Position numbers and translations under genes: made by a program. A DNA stretch of 63,907 nt, the filler included, from Chrysochromulina tobinii (taxonomy: Eukaryota): the NCBI GenBank assembly GCA_001275005.1. It is 11 parts of 11 records of this genome, joined end to end, with 100 filler letters (N's around TTAATTAATTAA, not from the genome) between each part and the next. Parts side by side here need not be neighbours in the genome. Positions count along the whole stretch, not along the records: positions 29,368 to 32,828 come from JWZX01000997.1; positions 32,929 to 52,063 come from JWZX01000998.1; 9 more parts are not named here. One strand, written 5' to 3'. Below are positions 31,255-42,597 of this stretch, piece after piece. Position 1 is the stretch's first letter. Each line of letters starts with the position of its first letter. The notes below the pieces were generated by a model that saw nothing but the letters and a program-made list of their open reading frames with translations, searched no databases and was not told the origin of the DNA.

Positions 31255-32828
31255 TTGTTGTGCAGTAAGATTCCCGCGCCGCTGAGGCAGCCGGGTTTCA
31301 TGGCTACCCCCTGGAAATACACGGGGCAGCTGGTGCCGCGAGCCAAGCAAGCCGGTGGGACGGCTGCGCTCGAGCACCCCGCACGCGTGGTATCGGAATT
31401 GGTCACGACTTCGACACCAAGTCGGAAGATCAACAAGGACGCGCAAGCTGAAAAGGCAAGCGCGCATACCACAGCAGGCTTCAAGGAGAGGGCCACCAAA
31501 GGCGGCACCCCTAAGCAGCTGTGGCCGTCAACCGATGGATCGGTTGAACGCCAGAACGAGGCGCACTCGGCAAACACACCAGTGCGCATCAAGGCAGAAG
31601 GAACCAAGAGCCGAGCATCTGGGCATAACACCCGCTTTCAGACCACACCCGGCCAAGATGAGGAGGCCCTGCACAAGGCAGAGCCCAGCGGCAACGCGCA
31701 CGTGCAAGCACGCACGCGCCGCACACTCCAATCGGCCCCGCGCCGCCCCATCGCCCCGCCGAGCATGGTGAGCATGGTGAACGCGTGGCTCAACAAAGGG
31801 GGCGCTACGATGGCACGCTCCCTGCACCTCGCATACAACGCGGGGCTTGTGATGGGCTCGACGCTGATGCTAAAGCAGCTCCTCCTCCCGAAGATGCACG
31901 TCCACATGCCGGACATCATCCGCTGGATCAAGGCGCTGATGCTCGCCGTGCGAACCGCCGTGATGCGATCAGCCGAGCACGGTGCACGCCTCGCCGGCGC
32001 GTACCCGAAGACTGCGTCAGCGTACGCGATGGTCATGCTCGCAGCATCAGCATCAAGGATGCTGAACGAGCTACGTCTGCTTGCGCACTCCATCGCGCAC
32101 GTGGGAACCGCAATCCTCGGCATGCACGGCATCTCGATGAACGGCACTAACCACGACCTCGACGACGACGCCGGCTGCAGCAGCTCGCAGGTGACGAGCG
32201 ACGAAGAAGAGCCCATCGCTGAGGAGCACGACGCGGCAGCGACGGGCACCGACGGCACTGAAGGCGACGATGACGAGAGCGCGAACTACAAGGACTTCAC
32301 GACCTTCTGGGAGACGCGCCCGACGCGCGAGATGAGCAAGCAGCTCACGTCGCAAGAGATCGACGTGTACAAGACCGACCTGAACGTCGCGACACTCGAG
32401 GACTGGAAGCTCAAAGTACTCACGTTCATGCGCAGACGGTACCCGCAGTTTGGAGCCCTGCTTCAACTCGCGTGGACGGAGGAGAACAACGAGCGGCTGC
32501 TCGAGATCATCTCGGATAATGAGTACGCTGCAACGGCCAACATGTGGGGCGCATCGGCGCTCCTCGCGCTCATCGAGGTCACCAAGCCCAAGGGCAAGGT
32601 CTTCGAGCACGAGCTGCTCGAGCTCGAACGCCAAGTACCCGGCACGACATCCTCGGGCATCGAGATCGCCGCACGCCTCCGATCCTTGCTCACGGCACGG
32701 CACACGGGCGATGAGGAGGCAGACCTGAAGAAGCTCGAGGCGACGCAGTACCTCAAACTCGGCATGGACAAGGACTCCATCAAGCTCGCGATCGCGCTGC
32801 TCCAGTCGCACCTGCGCATCTCTCCGAA
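31255..32828 (+). CDS. Hypothetical protein, possibly Gag-like region of a retroelement (3'-partial)
   Basis: Intronless A/C-rich ORF of more than 500 aa with hydrophobic segments, then an acidic patch and a helical region; no diagnostic motif. Confidence 0.35.
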
Positions 32829-32928
32829 NNNNNNNNNNNNNNNNNNNNNNNNNNNNNNNNNNNNNNNNNNNNTTAATTAATTAANNNNNNNNNNNNNNNN
32901 NNNNNNNNNNNNNNNNNNNNNNNNNNNN

Positions 32929-32954
32929 CCGCGGGCGCCGCCGCCGCGGGGGCA

Positions 32955-32991
<37 letters not shown>

Positions 32992-33178
32992 TGCCAACAG
33001 CAGTCAGCATCGCGCCCATGTCCTTGCCCTTGCAAAGCTTGGCAAAGAGCGTCGGCCAGTACGCCTCAACGGTCACGTTGGACGCCTTCAGGATCTTGCT
33101 GATGTTCTCCGCCGAGATCTCAAGACCCTCGTCGTGCAGGATGAGGGCAGCGTACACGCAGGCAATCTCGGAGCCCAT
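32929..33178 (-). CDS. RPLP1: 60S acidic ribosomal protein P1 (3'-partial)
   Basis: EIACVYAALILHDEGLEISAENISKILKASNVTVEAYWPTLFAK followed by a Gly/Ala hinge. Confidence 0.95.
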
Positions 33179-33462
33179 CTTTCTTTACGGGTCTCTGTCT
33201 TCAATTACCTGCCAGGCGACGAGGGGACGGTGCGAGCGGGCTTAGTGTCGATGTGTCGATCAAGGGGGTCGACGGAGGGCTCGTCCGCGTGGGCGCAACG
33301 TCCGGCATGCCCAAGGGACGCCGCACGAGCCGCCTAGGCGCGCCTCGGGACGGGGGCTTCGAGTGGCTTTCGCACCGCTGTGGGCGACGTGCCCAACTCT
33401 TCACAGATGAGATGAAAAGGGGCGAGGGCCGTGGGCCTTTTGTGCAAGTCGGGCTCCTTGAT

Positions 33463-33915
33463 ATGTTCGCCGAGATGATGATGAACATGCGGGAGGGGCT
33501 GCTCGCCGTCGCGACGGGCGCGGTGGCCGGTGGGTTCGCCAACTTCTTCATCCTCCGCAGGACGTGGCTCAATGCGCAGGCCCTCGGTGACCGCTCCGAC
33601 GACTACGTCGTCGAGCTCCGCAAGCTGCACGGAAAGTACGATGACGTGCAGCGCGAACCGGTGCGCGCGCCGGGGCGTGAACCGCCCGCCGCCGTTGCTG
33701 CCCTTTGCTCCCCTCCGCCGCGGTTGCGCTGCGCCTCAGAGTGGCAGCGCCAATCGCGAGCCCGCCAATCTTCCTGCTCATGCTCTCACGCTCGCTTCCG
33801 CCCACAGCGCATGGAGATGCCGAGCTTGCTCGACCTTCGGCTGCGGCGCGACCTGTCAAACGCGTGGAACAGCTGGGTTGTCGGCTTTCACGCGGAGGCG
33901 AGCAGGTGGCTGTAG
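33463..33915 (+). CDS. Small single-TM protein (possibly Mic12-like mitochondrial), intron 33661-33807
   Basis: GTGCGC...CACAG 147-nt in-frame intron; N-terminal TM segment and C-terminal LSNAWNSWV; start and identity uncertain. Confidence 0.4.
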   Translation: MFAEMMMNMREGLLAVATGAVAGGFANFFILRRTWLNAQALGDRSDDYVVELRKLHGKYDDVQREPVRAPGREPPAAVAALCSPPPRLRCASEWQRQSRARQSSCSCSHARFRPQRMEMPSLLDLRLRRDLSNAWNSWVVGFHAEASRWL

Positions 33916-34115
33916 TAGAGCAAAAGGGGCCGCATGGGCATTTTTAGCAGTCGCGATTGCACAGGCAGTCTCAGTGGGCATACTCTGTCACGGCATACAC
34001 TTTAACACACACTGTGGGTTCATAACAAACGTGATGTTTCGCCCGAAGCATCCATGGGCTCGATTTCTGAAGTGTGCAGAAGAGGACCAGAAACTGAACT
34101 TTCCAATTGGAACTT

Positions 34116-37100
34116 TCACACCAGTGTCCCCTCCGGGTCCGGCGGAGCAATGCCCATGCCCGGGACGACGCCCAACGGCTCCAGGCTGCAAGGCTCGACA
34201 GGCGCCATATCGGGCGCATCCTGGACAGGCCTGGCCTGCTCCACCTCCTCGTCCTCCGAAACGTCCGGCTCGTCCTCCGCGGCTGGGATCGCGTCGTGCT
34301 GGGCAGGCTCGGGCTCGCGTTCCCACGGCAGATCGAAGAGACGCCCAACACGGCGTTGCGCTGGCGCCTCCGTCTTTCCCGCACCAGCGCCGCCTTCGTC
34401 CCTCGCCTCGAGCGGCTCAGTTTCGTGACGGGTTTCGTCACCCCCTCCGAAGCGTGCCCACTCCCGCTCCGTCAATTCGTCAATTTCGGCGGGCGCGAGG
34501 GTGCACAGCGTCGTGAGAGCGCCCGCTCGATTCGCGTACACGACGCTCGCGCCCGCGACGGCGCCTCGCGCCCCTGCGTCGACCACCACCACCCCCCGCA
34601 CCGCCTGATCGGAGACAGTGAGCCGTGCGGAAGGGGGGACGTTGAGGGAGCCAAACGGCGCCTCGGGCGGCGGAAGGGTGGCTATGAGCTCGAGCGTCAT
34701 TCCGGGCACGCTCGACATACCGGCCGCCGCCGCTGCTGTGGCCGCTGTGGCCGCCGCCGCCGCCGCCGCGGCCGTCGGCGGCGCTTCCAGAGCACCCGCA
34801 GAGGCGGCAGAGCCAGCAGCGGCGGCTGCCCCGCCTCGACCTCCGCCGACGTCACCTCTCTCCGCACCTCTCCGAGTCCCCGAACCGATCTCGATCCCGA
34901 TCTCGATCTCGAGGCCGAGCTCGGGGCCGAGCTCCCTTATCTCGGGGTCTGGGAGATGGCATCTCTCGGGGCGGAGCTCCCTTATCTCGGGGTCTGGGAG
35001 ATGGCATCTCTCGGGGCGGAGCTCCCTTATCTCGGGGTCTGGGAGATGGCATATCTCGGGGCGGAGCTCCCTTATCTCGGGGTCTGGGAGATGGCATATC
35101 TCGGGGCGGAGCTCCCTTATCTCGGGGTCTGGAAGATGGCATCTCTCGGGACGGAGCTCCCATACGGCGACGACGCCTCGCCGGTGGCCGGTCACTAGCA
35201 TGCGCTCGCCACTCGAGCTGATCGACTCGAGAAGGTATTTGGCGCCCTCGACGAGTTTCGTCAGCGGGGCGGTGGAGGTGGAGGTGGAGGTTGAGGCGGT
35301 GGAGGTGGAGGTGGAGGCGGTGGAGGTGGAGGTGGAGGTGGTGGAGGTGGAGGAGGTGCGAGCGGCGCCATAAGTGGAATAGAAGCCATCATCAAGCTCC
35401 TCCGGCTCCTCCGCCTCCGCCGCCCCGCGCAGCTGCCACCCAGTGAACCAGGGCCGCGTGGCGAGAGCGGCGGCGTACGAGACTGAGGCGATTCGGCAAG
35501 GGCCAGAGGCACTCATCCGATGCACGTGCAGACAAAAGTCACGCGCACCGGCGCTCACGACCAGCACAGCAGGCGGCCATGCCGCTCGAGATGTCGCGTG
35601 GCCGGAGGAGGCGGCGTAGGTGGCGGAGGTGGCGGCGGCGGGGGGGGCGGAGACGGTGCTGGCCACGGTGCCAGTGACGAACGCCACCGCCCCGATACTT
35701 TGTGCGTGCGGTGACGCGAAGGGACGGGGCTGTTCGCCCAACACGGCGTCTATTGGAGTCGGCGCAGCGGCGGTATGGCCACTGGCCCATCGCATCGTCA
35801 TCACACGAGACGTCGCCGCAGACTGGTGCCCAGGCTGGTGCCCTAAGGCATCGAGCCCAGAGTTGCTGCCCAGTCGCCACAGGCAGAGCTCGCCGGCACT
35901 GTCGGCGCTCACGCCGACGCCCAGGCCTTCGTGCGTCGCCCATGCCTCCAGAGGCGCGATCTCGGCGATCTCGGCGATCTCGGCCTGATCTCGGCGTGAT
36001 CTCGGCGTGCTCCGGAGGAGCTCGGAGGTTATGCGACCCGACGCCAGCTGCAACCCCTCGCAATCGCCACTGACGAACCCGAGCTTCCACAGCTCGCTCG
36101 TGGAGGTGGCGGCCGCACCGGCAGTGGCGGGCCGATGCAGGCTGACTACCTCGGAGGCAGACGTCCACCCTAGCCCAACGGCGCCCCAGCCCTGAGCAAA
36201 GCAATGCTGCCACCGCGGCGGCCGGGCGTGCGCACCGCCAGCACTACCCGCCCTACCGCCTGTTGTCGCCGCCGCAGCGGCCTCATCGTCCGCGCCGCGC
36301 GCGTCGAACACCAACACCATCGGAGGTGTGAACACCATCGTAGGTGCGGCGAGGACGGAGGAGGAGGTGGCGGCGGCGGCGGTGGCAGCGGAGGCGGCGG
36401 TGGCAGCGGAGGCTGAGGAGGCGGCGGCGGTGGCAGAGGCAGCGGTGGCAGAGGCGGCGGCGGCGGCGGAGGCAGAGGCGGCGGTTGTCTGCTCAGCCTC
36501 GCGGCCAGCGACAGTCACAGCAAGCCAGCCAGCAGACGAGAGAGCCAGTGAATCGATCGCCAAGGGAGTGGCGGCCGCCGGTGAAACGTTCGACGCCATC
36601 GTCGACGCAGGAGCCGCCGCCGTTGCAAACGTCGCTAGCCGCACCCCGCGTCCCGCATGCCACATCTCCACGTGCCCGTGCGCTGTGGCGTGGCACACGC
36701 GCTGATCGCCCGCGCTAGCGAGGCGGCCGGGCGCGGCATGCGGGTATGAGTGATGCCGCTCGTAGCTGTTCAGGGGCACGAAGCCGTACACGGCGCGCGA
36801 GGCCCGCCAGCGCGCCAGCGCCCGAGCATCAAGCCGCCTGCGGTACGCAGCCGAGGTGACAACGGCGCTCGCGAGGGCGCGGAGCGTGCGGCACGTTGCC
36901 GCCGCTAAGCGAAGCGTGCGTGGCTCCTCACAGTGTGCGAGGACCATCCGAAGCTGCGCTGGGGCCAACAGCCGCTCCAGTTGCGCTGAACACGGATGCA
37001 GGTTGGCCGCGCTGACCCGCACGCCCTCGCCCGTCGTCGTGACGCGCACGGCCCAGCGCTCGCCGTGCTCGGAAAGGAGCTGCGCTTCGCACTCGTTGAG

Positions 37101-37157
37101 CTCGGGCCGTTTGCTCAGGCCTCGGATGGTCACGCGCGCACCGACTGCGACGCGCAT
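34116..37157 (-). CDS. F-box protein with N-terminal SH3-like module and degenerate WD40-like region
   Basis: RVTIRGLSKRPELN...RWAVR...VRVSAANL module; F-box-like LRMVLAHC...LRLAAATCRTLRALA; HVEMW, ELCLW and VVAVW blade ends. Confidence 0.6.
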   Translation of the reverse strand: MRVAVGARVTIRGLSKRPELNECEAQLLSEHGERWAVRVTTTGEGVRVSAANLHPCSAQLERLLAPAQLRMVLAHCEEPRTLRLAAATCRTLRALASAVVTSAAYRRRLDARALARWRASRAVYGFVPLNSYERHHSYPHAAPGRLASAGDQRVCHATAHGHVEMWHAGRGVRLATFATAAAPASTMASNVSPAAATPLAIDSLALSSAGWLAVTVAGREAEQTTAASASAAAAASATAASATAAASSASAATAASAATAAAATSSSVLAAPTMVFTPPMVLVFDARGADDEAAAAATTGGRAGSAGGAHARPPRWQHCFAQGWGAVGLGWTSASEVVSLHRPATAGAAATSTSELWKLGFVSGDCEGLQLASGRITSELLRSTPRSRRDQAEIAEIAEIAPLEAWATHEGLGVGVSADSAGELCLWRLGSNSGLDALGHQPGHQSAATSRVMTMRWASGHTAAAPTPIDAVLGEQPRPFASPHAQSIGAVAFVTGTVASTVSAPPAAATSATYAASSGHATSRAAWPPAVLVVSAGARDFCLHVHRMSASGPCRIASVSYAAALATRPWFTGWQLRGAAEAEEPEELDDGFYSTYGAARTSSTSTTSTSTSTASTSTSTASTSTSTSTAPLTKLVEGAKYLLESISSSGERMLVTGHRRGVVAVWELRPERCHLPDPEIRELRPEICHLPDPEIRELRPEICHLPDPEIRELRPERCHLPDPEIRELRPERCHLPDPEIRELGPELGLEIEIGIEIGSGTRRGAERGDVGGGRGGAAAAAGSAASAGALEAPPTAAAAAAAATAATAAAAAGMSSVPGMTLELIATLPPPEAPFGSLNVPPSARLTVSDQAVRGVVVVDAGARGAVAGASVVYANRAGALTTLCTLAPAEIDELTEREWARFGGGDETRHETEPLEARDEGGAGAGKTEAPAQRRVGRLFDLPWEREPEPAQHDAIPAAEDEPDVSEDEEVEQARPVQDAPDMAPVEPCSLEPLGVVPGMGIAPPDPEGTLV
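34928..35161. repeat. 45-bp in-frame tandem repeat (ELRPERCHLPDPEIR x5)
   Basis: ggagctcccttatctcggggtctgggagatggcat(a/c)tctcggggc units. Confidence 0.93.
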
Positions 37158-37411
37158 AGTTCTGCACCAGGCGTGAACAATGCGAGCGAGCGCTTCCGTC
37201 GGTTGTCTGCTGTTTATGTATAGACTTGACTGACTCTATAGTCGGAACTATGTTGTATGTAGATAAATCGTACTATAAACATAAGTAGGAAGGTCGGAGG
37301 CACCAACCCAAAGAGACAGACCAAGTCAGAGTCATCACACTGTGACTCCTACTACATATCGTCGACTCCGACGACGCAGCAAACAATACTGCGCTCGAGC
37401 AATCAATCTCT

Positions 37412-38560
37412 TTACCCTCTTGTGTCCCGGATGCAGCAGGCAGACTTGAATTGACTGACAACCGCCGCAGGAGCTGTGAGTGAGAGGTTCGCGAGTGATG
37501 CTGCTGAGCATCGCCATGGCTGCTGTCCTCGTACAAAAGCTGGCGACGCATTGCCCGACAAATTGATTGGGTTCAAGCGATCAACGCTCTCAAATATGGC
37601 CATTATGAGCTGCCGGCCAGTAGGGATCCACTCTGCGCTGCTGCGCATACGCTCAAGCGGGATCTCGAATTCGTTCTTGATGGCCATCGTGTGCAGTAGC
37701 CACGCGTTCTGTGCAATCAGGCCTCGAATGATTTGGTCAGGAGCCGACTTGAAGTCGTACTCCAAGGCCGGCCCTGCAGCGTTCGACAGACTACGATTGG
37801 TACCAAAAAGGACCGTCACAAAGTCGGGCGAGCACATAAACGGCCTGGGTCCATAGCAATTTCTGAGTATGGACACCCGCTCGTCCATCGTGTGCTTGTT
37901 CATCGTGTTGTTGAATTGTGGAAGGTTGTCCCAGTGCCCGTGCATCAAGTTGTAATACCAGATGTTCAGAGCGCCCTGGTCCTGGTTGAATATTCTGGAC
38001 GACCCTTTCCCGACCCGTTGGCGGTGTTGCCATTGGAGCAGAGACCGTACCAGGATACCGTTGCGCATGATCAACAGGCCACCCTGGATCGGACCTTGCG
38101 GTGGAGGCATAAACCCAAAATGGCTTCGCTCGCGACTCACGACCAACGACGTACGATTCCCGTAGGCATACTCGCGGTGCCCGTGGGGAAAATCGCAACG
38201 GGGCAAGTCGCCCTGCTCAAGCAGCATCCATGATGCAATGCTGTGCTCCCAATTGATCACTGCCGTGTCTGCGTCAACCAGCACTACGCACGTGTAGCCA
38301 AGCGTAAACAATACATCGCAATCTTCGTACCGGGACCAAAATGATGCGATCGCGTCCATATTGTCGTTGCTTATCACCGCATGGTCATACCCATGGAAGG
38401 CTGTGTAGCGGCGCCAGCGTGGCATGGTGTAGTTGCACAGCCAGTAACCTCCGCTGCAATATGAAAGGACAATGGTGTCCGAGATGCGCACCAGCAGCGG
38501 CAGCTCCTCCCGCGCAATATCGAAGCTCCGTCCTCGAGCAGTATGATACGCGTCGTGCAT
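37412..38560 (-). CDS. GT-A glycosyltransferase, GT34 (GMA12/MNN10)-like
   Basis: VLVDADTAVIN (DxD), IQGGLLIMRN and NQDQGALN motifs; FHGYD in the N-terminal part. Confidence 0.65.
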   Translation of the reverse strand: MHDAYHTARGRSFDIAREELPLLVRISDTIVLSYCSGGYWLCNYTMPRWRRYTAFHGYDHAVISNDNMDAIASFWSRYEDCDVLFTLGYTCVVLVDADTAVINWEHSIASWMLLEQGDLPRCDFPHGHREYAYGNRTSLVVSRERSHFGFMPPPQGPIQGGLLIMRNGILVRSLLQWQHRQRVGKGSSRIFNQDQGALNIWYYNLMHGHWDNLPQFNNTMNKHTMDERVSILRNCYGPRPFMCSPDFVTVLFGTNRSLSNAAGPALEYDFKSAPDQIIRGLIAQNAWLLHTMAIKNEFEIPLERMRSSAEWIPTGRQLIMAIFESVDRLNPINLSGNASPAFVRGQQPWRCSAASLANLSLTAPAAVVSQFKSACCIRDTRG

Positions 38561-38810
38561 GTTGGTAGATGTTGCTCTGAGGACGGAGCGACGGAAGAGT
38601 CGCGTCCACGCGTCGGTCGCGACACCGTCCCCGCGTTTTTGTACGCGGGGAAGTTGACATAGTGTTTTTTTTGCGAAGCAGCTCGAAAAAAAAAATTATG
38701 TGCAGTTCAACTATTCGACCGTTTATTCAAATGATTGAAAGAGACCAAAACCCTTCTTTGGGGGTCTTTTTCCCCTAGATTGAATCTGAAAGTCCTTTGA
38801 TGCGCGAACT

Positions 38811-39514
38811 GTGGGGAAACTCTCTGTGGGAATCTCGAGAACGTGTCACGAGGTCGGCAACAAGCCTTTGTCTGCGTCGCATCTGCAGGCGCAAAAGGCT
38901 ACCGCAGCTGAGCGTGAGGGGCCGCCTGACGAGGACGACACTGTCTGGAACGTGGACGCAGATGAAGAGTTTGGCGCCTCAGCGCCAAGACGTGCAGGTT
39001 TGAACATCGTCCTCGCCAAAGGGCGCGGCGACGCAGGCTTCAGGCAGAGCGGCCGAGGACTGATCAGTGTCCACTCGACGGTCGAGCCCGACGAGCGAGC
39101 GTACGCGCTCGAAGCATACATGAATGCGATCTTCGCCCGGGCCGACGCCGAGCGGCAGCCGGTCGCGAGGGCAACTCGCGCTGTGTGCTGCTCGTGGCGT
39201 GCTCGTGGCGTGCTCGTGCCGCCAATGCCAGCGACGTGCAGGAGGTGCACACGACGCGCATGGAGGCAGGGTACGAAGGCTCTCGATGGGGCAATCTGTT
39301 GCGCGTCCTCGCTGTCGGCGCAGTCGATCCCGATGGCGCGCCAAAGCCCGCGGAGCTGGTCGGACGCATCTACGTCGAGTTCGAGAACGCTGAGGCTGCG
39401 GGCCGAGTGCGCGCGCTCGATGGATGGACGCTTCTGTGCCCGATGACGCGCCCATGCCCGCGGAGCAGGTCGGACGCATTTTTACGTGTACGAGGACGCA
39501 AAGGCTGCGGTTGA
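38811..39514 (+). pseudogene. Fragmentary gene with a UHM/RRM-like C-terminal piece
   Basis: Second frame GSRWGNLLRV...VGRIYVEFENAEAA...LDG resembles the U2AF65-type UHM domain; the frames are broken near 39170-39220. Confidence 0.3.
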
Positions 39515-40140
39515 GTGCGCGCGCGCTTTGACGCTGTACCGGTACTGGTGTTAATTATTATATATTAAATGCTGCCAGCAAAAATTTTTTTTTTTTTCTG
39601 CCGCGTGACATAGTGCGTTTCATTTTATCCATAGGTTCCTATCTGTTCCTTTCGAGAAAAGTTCCGGAAAACATAAAGAGTTAAAGTTGTGAATCAGCGC
39701 GTGCGCACGCGCCGCGCCGCGCCGCGCCGCGCCACGCGTCGTTGTGATCAACTTCTCGACCACACGCATGCGCGCGGCGGGCGCCGGACGCGAGTTCTGC
39801 ACACTCGCTCTACACACTACAGCTCAGTCGCTCCGCGCCGTCCTCGTTCGATCAGGCCCCGCTCGCCCCGGCGAACCTCGGCCGCCCCTCTCGCCTCTCG
39901 CTGCTGCCCTCGCCTCACAAGAAGAGCTCGAGTTCCGTGCGCTCATACTTGTTGAGCACGTCGTCGCCAATGCGCGGGTAGCAGGGTATGAGCGCGGGCT
40001 GGGCGCCAATGTACAGGTTGTTCGAACAGGCGGAGGACAGGCGGAGCTGTGCACGTCCCTTCCGCCTTCGCGCCAAGCGCGGCGTAGGTTCCTACACGGA
40101 GCTCGAACACGAGCTCGAACATGAGCTCGAACACATCTCA

Positions 40141-40992
40141 TCAGCGCATGCCGGCGATGGATCTCTGCTTCCAGCAATATTGCAGATTGGGCTTTGAGGC
40201 CAAGAGGCCAGGCTGCGCGGAGATGAGGCCGGGCGGGCGCGGGTGGCGCGAGTCCAGGCCGAGCGTCACCGGCGCATGCGGACTCGTGCTCAGCCTCGAC
40301 GCGGCGGACGGCGGCCGCGCGCTGATCGCATGATCGTCATCCCAGTGCGATCCCCAGCTGCCGATACTCTGCATGGATGCCGAGCGTATGAGAGTGCCCG
40401 ATTGTGGCCGGCTCAGGCTCGAGCTCAGGCTCGGGCTCGGGCTGTGCGTGCTGCCAGACGGCGGTCTCGACAGCGTGCGCTGACCCATCAGCTCGGCGAC
40501 AGCGTTCAGTTCAATGGTCGCTGTATTCTTCCTACCGAAGCTGAAGGCAGCAGTCCGTGGGCGGCCAAAGAGCTCGCCCGAGTCGCTGCCCCACGGCGAT
40601 GGCGTCCGACGCCCGGTGGGCGAGGGCGAAAAGTCGGCCGGCACATCGTCCGACTCGTCACCTAGGCCGAGGTGCTGAGAGCTGCTCGTCATTTGCAGGG
40701 GTCCGGGCAGCGTCCCACGTGAATCGAGGCGCTGGATGGCAAGCGCCCTCACATTGCGGCGGTTGGCACTCGATGCCCACGAGCCCCCGTCCTTGACAGA
40801 CGACGCGAGGAATGACATCCCTCCCGGTCCAGATCCAGTTAACAAGTTGCCCAGCAGGTTGGCAGCGGCGGTTTCCTCCTTTGCGATGTGCTGCCGCCAG
40901 ACGGTGTGAGCGGGCACGCCGAAGATTGGCTCGCGATCGATGCGCATCAGCGACGTACATGGGTCGTGCTGAGATGGATCTCGCACAGGCAT
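40141..40992 (-). CDS. Hypothetical Ser-rich protein (3' exons unresolved, probably continuing toward about 39915)
   Basis: Long ORF; a repeat-containing intron-like stretch at about 40087-40150. Confidence 0.4.
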   Translation of the reverse strand: MPVRDPSQHDPCTSLMRIDREPIFGVPAHTVWRQHIAKEETAAANLLGNLLTGSGPGGMSFLASSVKDGGSWASSANRRNVRALAIQRLDSRGTLPGPLQMTSSSQHLGLGDESDDVPADFSPSPTGRRTPSPWGSDSGELFGRPRTAAFSFGRKNTATIELNAVAELMGQRTLSRPPSGSTHSPSPSLSSSLSRPQSGTLIRSASMQSIGSWGSHWDDDHAISARPPSAASRLSTSPHAPVTLGLDSRHPRPPGLISAQPGLLASKPNLQYCWKQRSIAGMR

Positions 40993-41349
40993 GTCGGTTG
41001 CGGCTTCCCCGACCCGCGTGCGTCCCGCGTTCGAGCCGGGCCGTCGGGTCGTCTCTGAAGCCTTCTCGCCCTGCGCCGCGAGTCCCAAGTTTGGAATTAG
41101 TCTGTCTTTCAGTTTCGTCGCGGTCCCCAAGTTCAAGTTCAAGTTCAAGTTCAAGTCCCCCACTCGCACCCGTCTCAAAGGACCGTGGAGCAAGAAGCAT
41201 GTTGAGCATGTGTCCACTGGCATTGTGGGGAAGAGGGGAACACTTGGTCTAACATCCATGAACATCTAAGCGGCCGTGCTGTGCAGAGGCTACCATCGTG
41301 TGCTCTTCGTGCGAATGGGTAGAAGCCCGGATGGTGGATGGTTCTGCCC

Positions 41350-42261
41350 TCACCCACTTGATGCGAATGGGTAGCCGCCGCCGAATTTTTGGGAGCGCAT
41401 CATCGGGATCAGCTCAAACTTGCCTGGGGCCATGCGCTGGTACCCGCCCGCGAAAGCTGTGGCGCGTCGCGCGTGCTCATGCGAGAGCATGAAGGACGAG
41501 CCGCGCGCCGAGGTCGGCATCGGGTGTGAGAGGATCGACTTGACCGAATTGGACTCGGTGCGCCAGGAGTTGGCGGTTCTGCGGGTGGTGACCGAATAAC
41601 GATCGAACACCTGCCCTGCGGTACGCCCGAGCACGTGTGGCGCTCGGCGGTGGCTCGTACGGCTCTCGGTGGCAAACCTGGTTGCTGTATGTGGGCTCGA
41701 CGACGGCCGCTGCGCCATAGCCGAGGTTTCGGAGCCAGACACGTGGTACGGGTCGATGCCCGCGCACGTGCGTCGGCAGTGCGGGTGCTGCGCGCGCCAC
41801 TGCTCGTAGTCCGTCAGTTGTGCTGGGCCGGTGAACACGCCGTGGACCACGTGGCCGCGTGGAGAGTCGACCACCACCTTCCGATGCAGCGTCTGTTTGC
41901 CAATGTTGGGCTCATCGCGGATGTATTGCGAGGGGCCCTCGTTGATGCGCCGCAGGTCCTGGCCAGCCGATCCGATGGCGTAGCCGTACATCTCGGAGTA
42001 CGACTCTCCTTGTTGCCGAAACAAAGCGCCCGACATCCACGACGACGAGTGGTCGCGTGGGCCAGGAGGGGACGGGCTCCGGATCCTTTTCGGAGAGTCG
42101 AGCGGGCTCCTAGGGCGTGCACGCGAGCCGTCCGTAGGGATCGGGCTCCACGCGCGCGACCGCGAGCCGTCGGGACTCTGCTCGCGCGACCGTACGCCGT
42201 CTTTGAACGCAGGGCTCATTGGGCGCGTCGAGCGGCCTGGGCTCATCGGGGACGCCTCCAT
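41350..42261 (-). CDS. Hypothetical Ser/Pro/Arg-rich protein
   Basis: 303-aa ATG-initiated ORF with no recognised domain. Confidence 0.45.
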   Translation of the reverse strand: MEASPMSPGRSTRPMSPAFKDGVRSREQSPDGSRSRAWSPIPTDGSRARPRSPLDSPKRIRSPSPPGPRDHSSSWMSGALFRQQGESYSEMYGYAIGSAGQDLRRINEGPSQYIRDEPNIGKQTLHRKVVVDSPRGHVVHGVFTGPAQLTDYEQWRAQHPHCRRTCAGIDPYHVSGSETSAMAQRPSSSPHTATRFATESRTSHRRAPHVLGRTAGQVFDRYSVTTRRTANSWRTESNSVKSILSHPMPTSARGSSFMLSHEHARRATAFAGGYQRMAPGKFELIPMMRSQKFGGGYPFASSG

Positions 42262-42597
42262 GTCTTTCTCCGACGGGGGAAACGCGTCGCGTGCGTCGCG
42301 TCGCGTTGAGGCCTCGCGGTGACAGTCGCATCGGATATCAAAACTTGCAGTGCAACAGATTCGTACGTGGACCGGCGCACCTTCAGAGACGTTGAGAGCT
42401 CCAGTATGCCCAATCTACTGGGTTGTTGACGAACTTTCTGATCCTTGGCACAAGAGACGAAGCACATCGAGGCCACGCAGTGATGATCGTCGCGCGACCT
42501 TGTCCTTGGCACCGAGAGAGCGCTCGGGAGCCGCCTTGATCACAGGCCGCCCCACCGCGCTCAGCCTCGTGCGTGTTTCACCGGCGAACTCTCCGAG

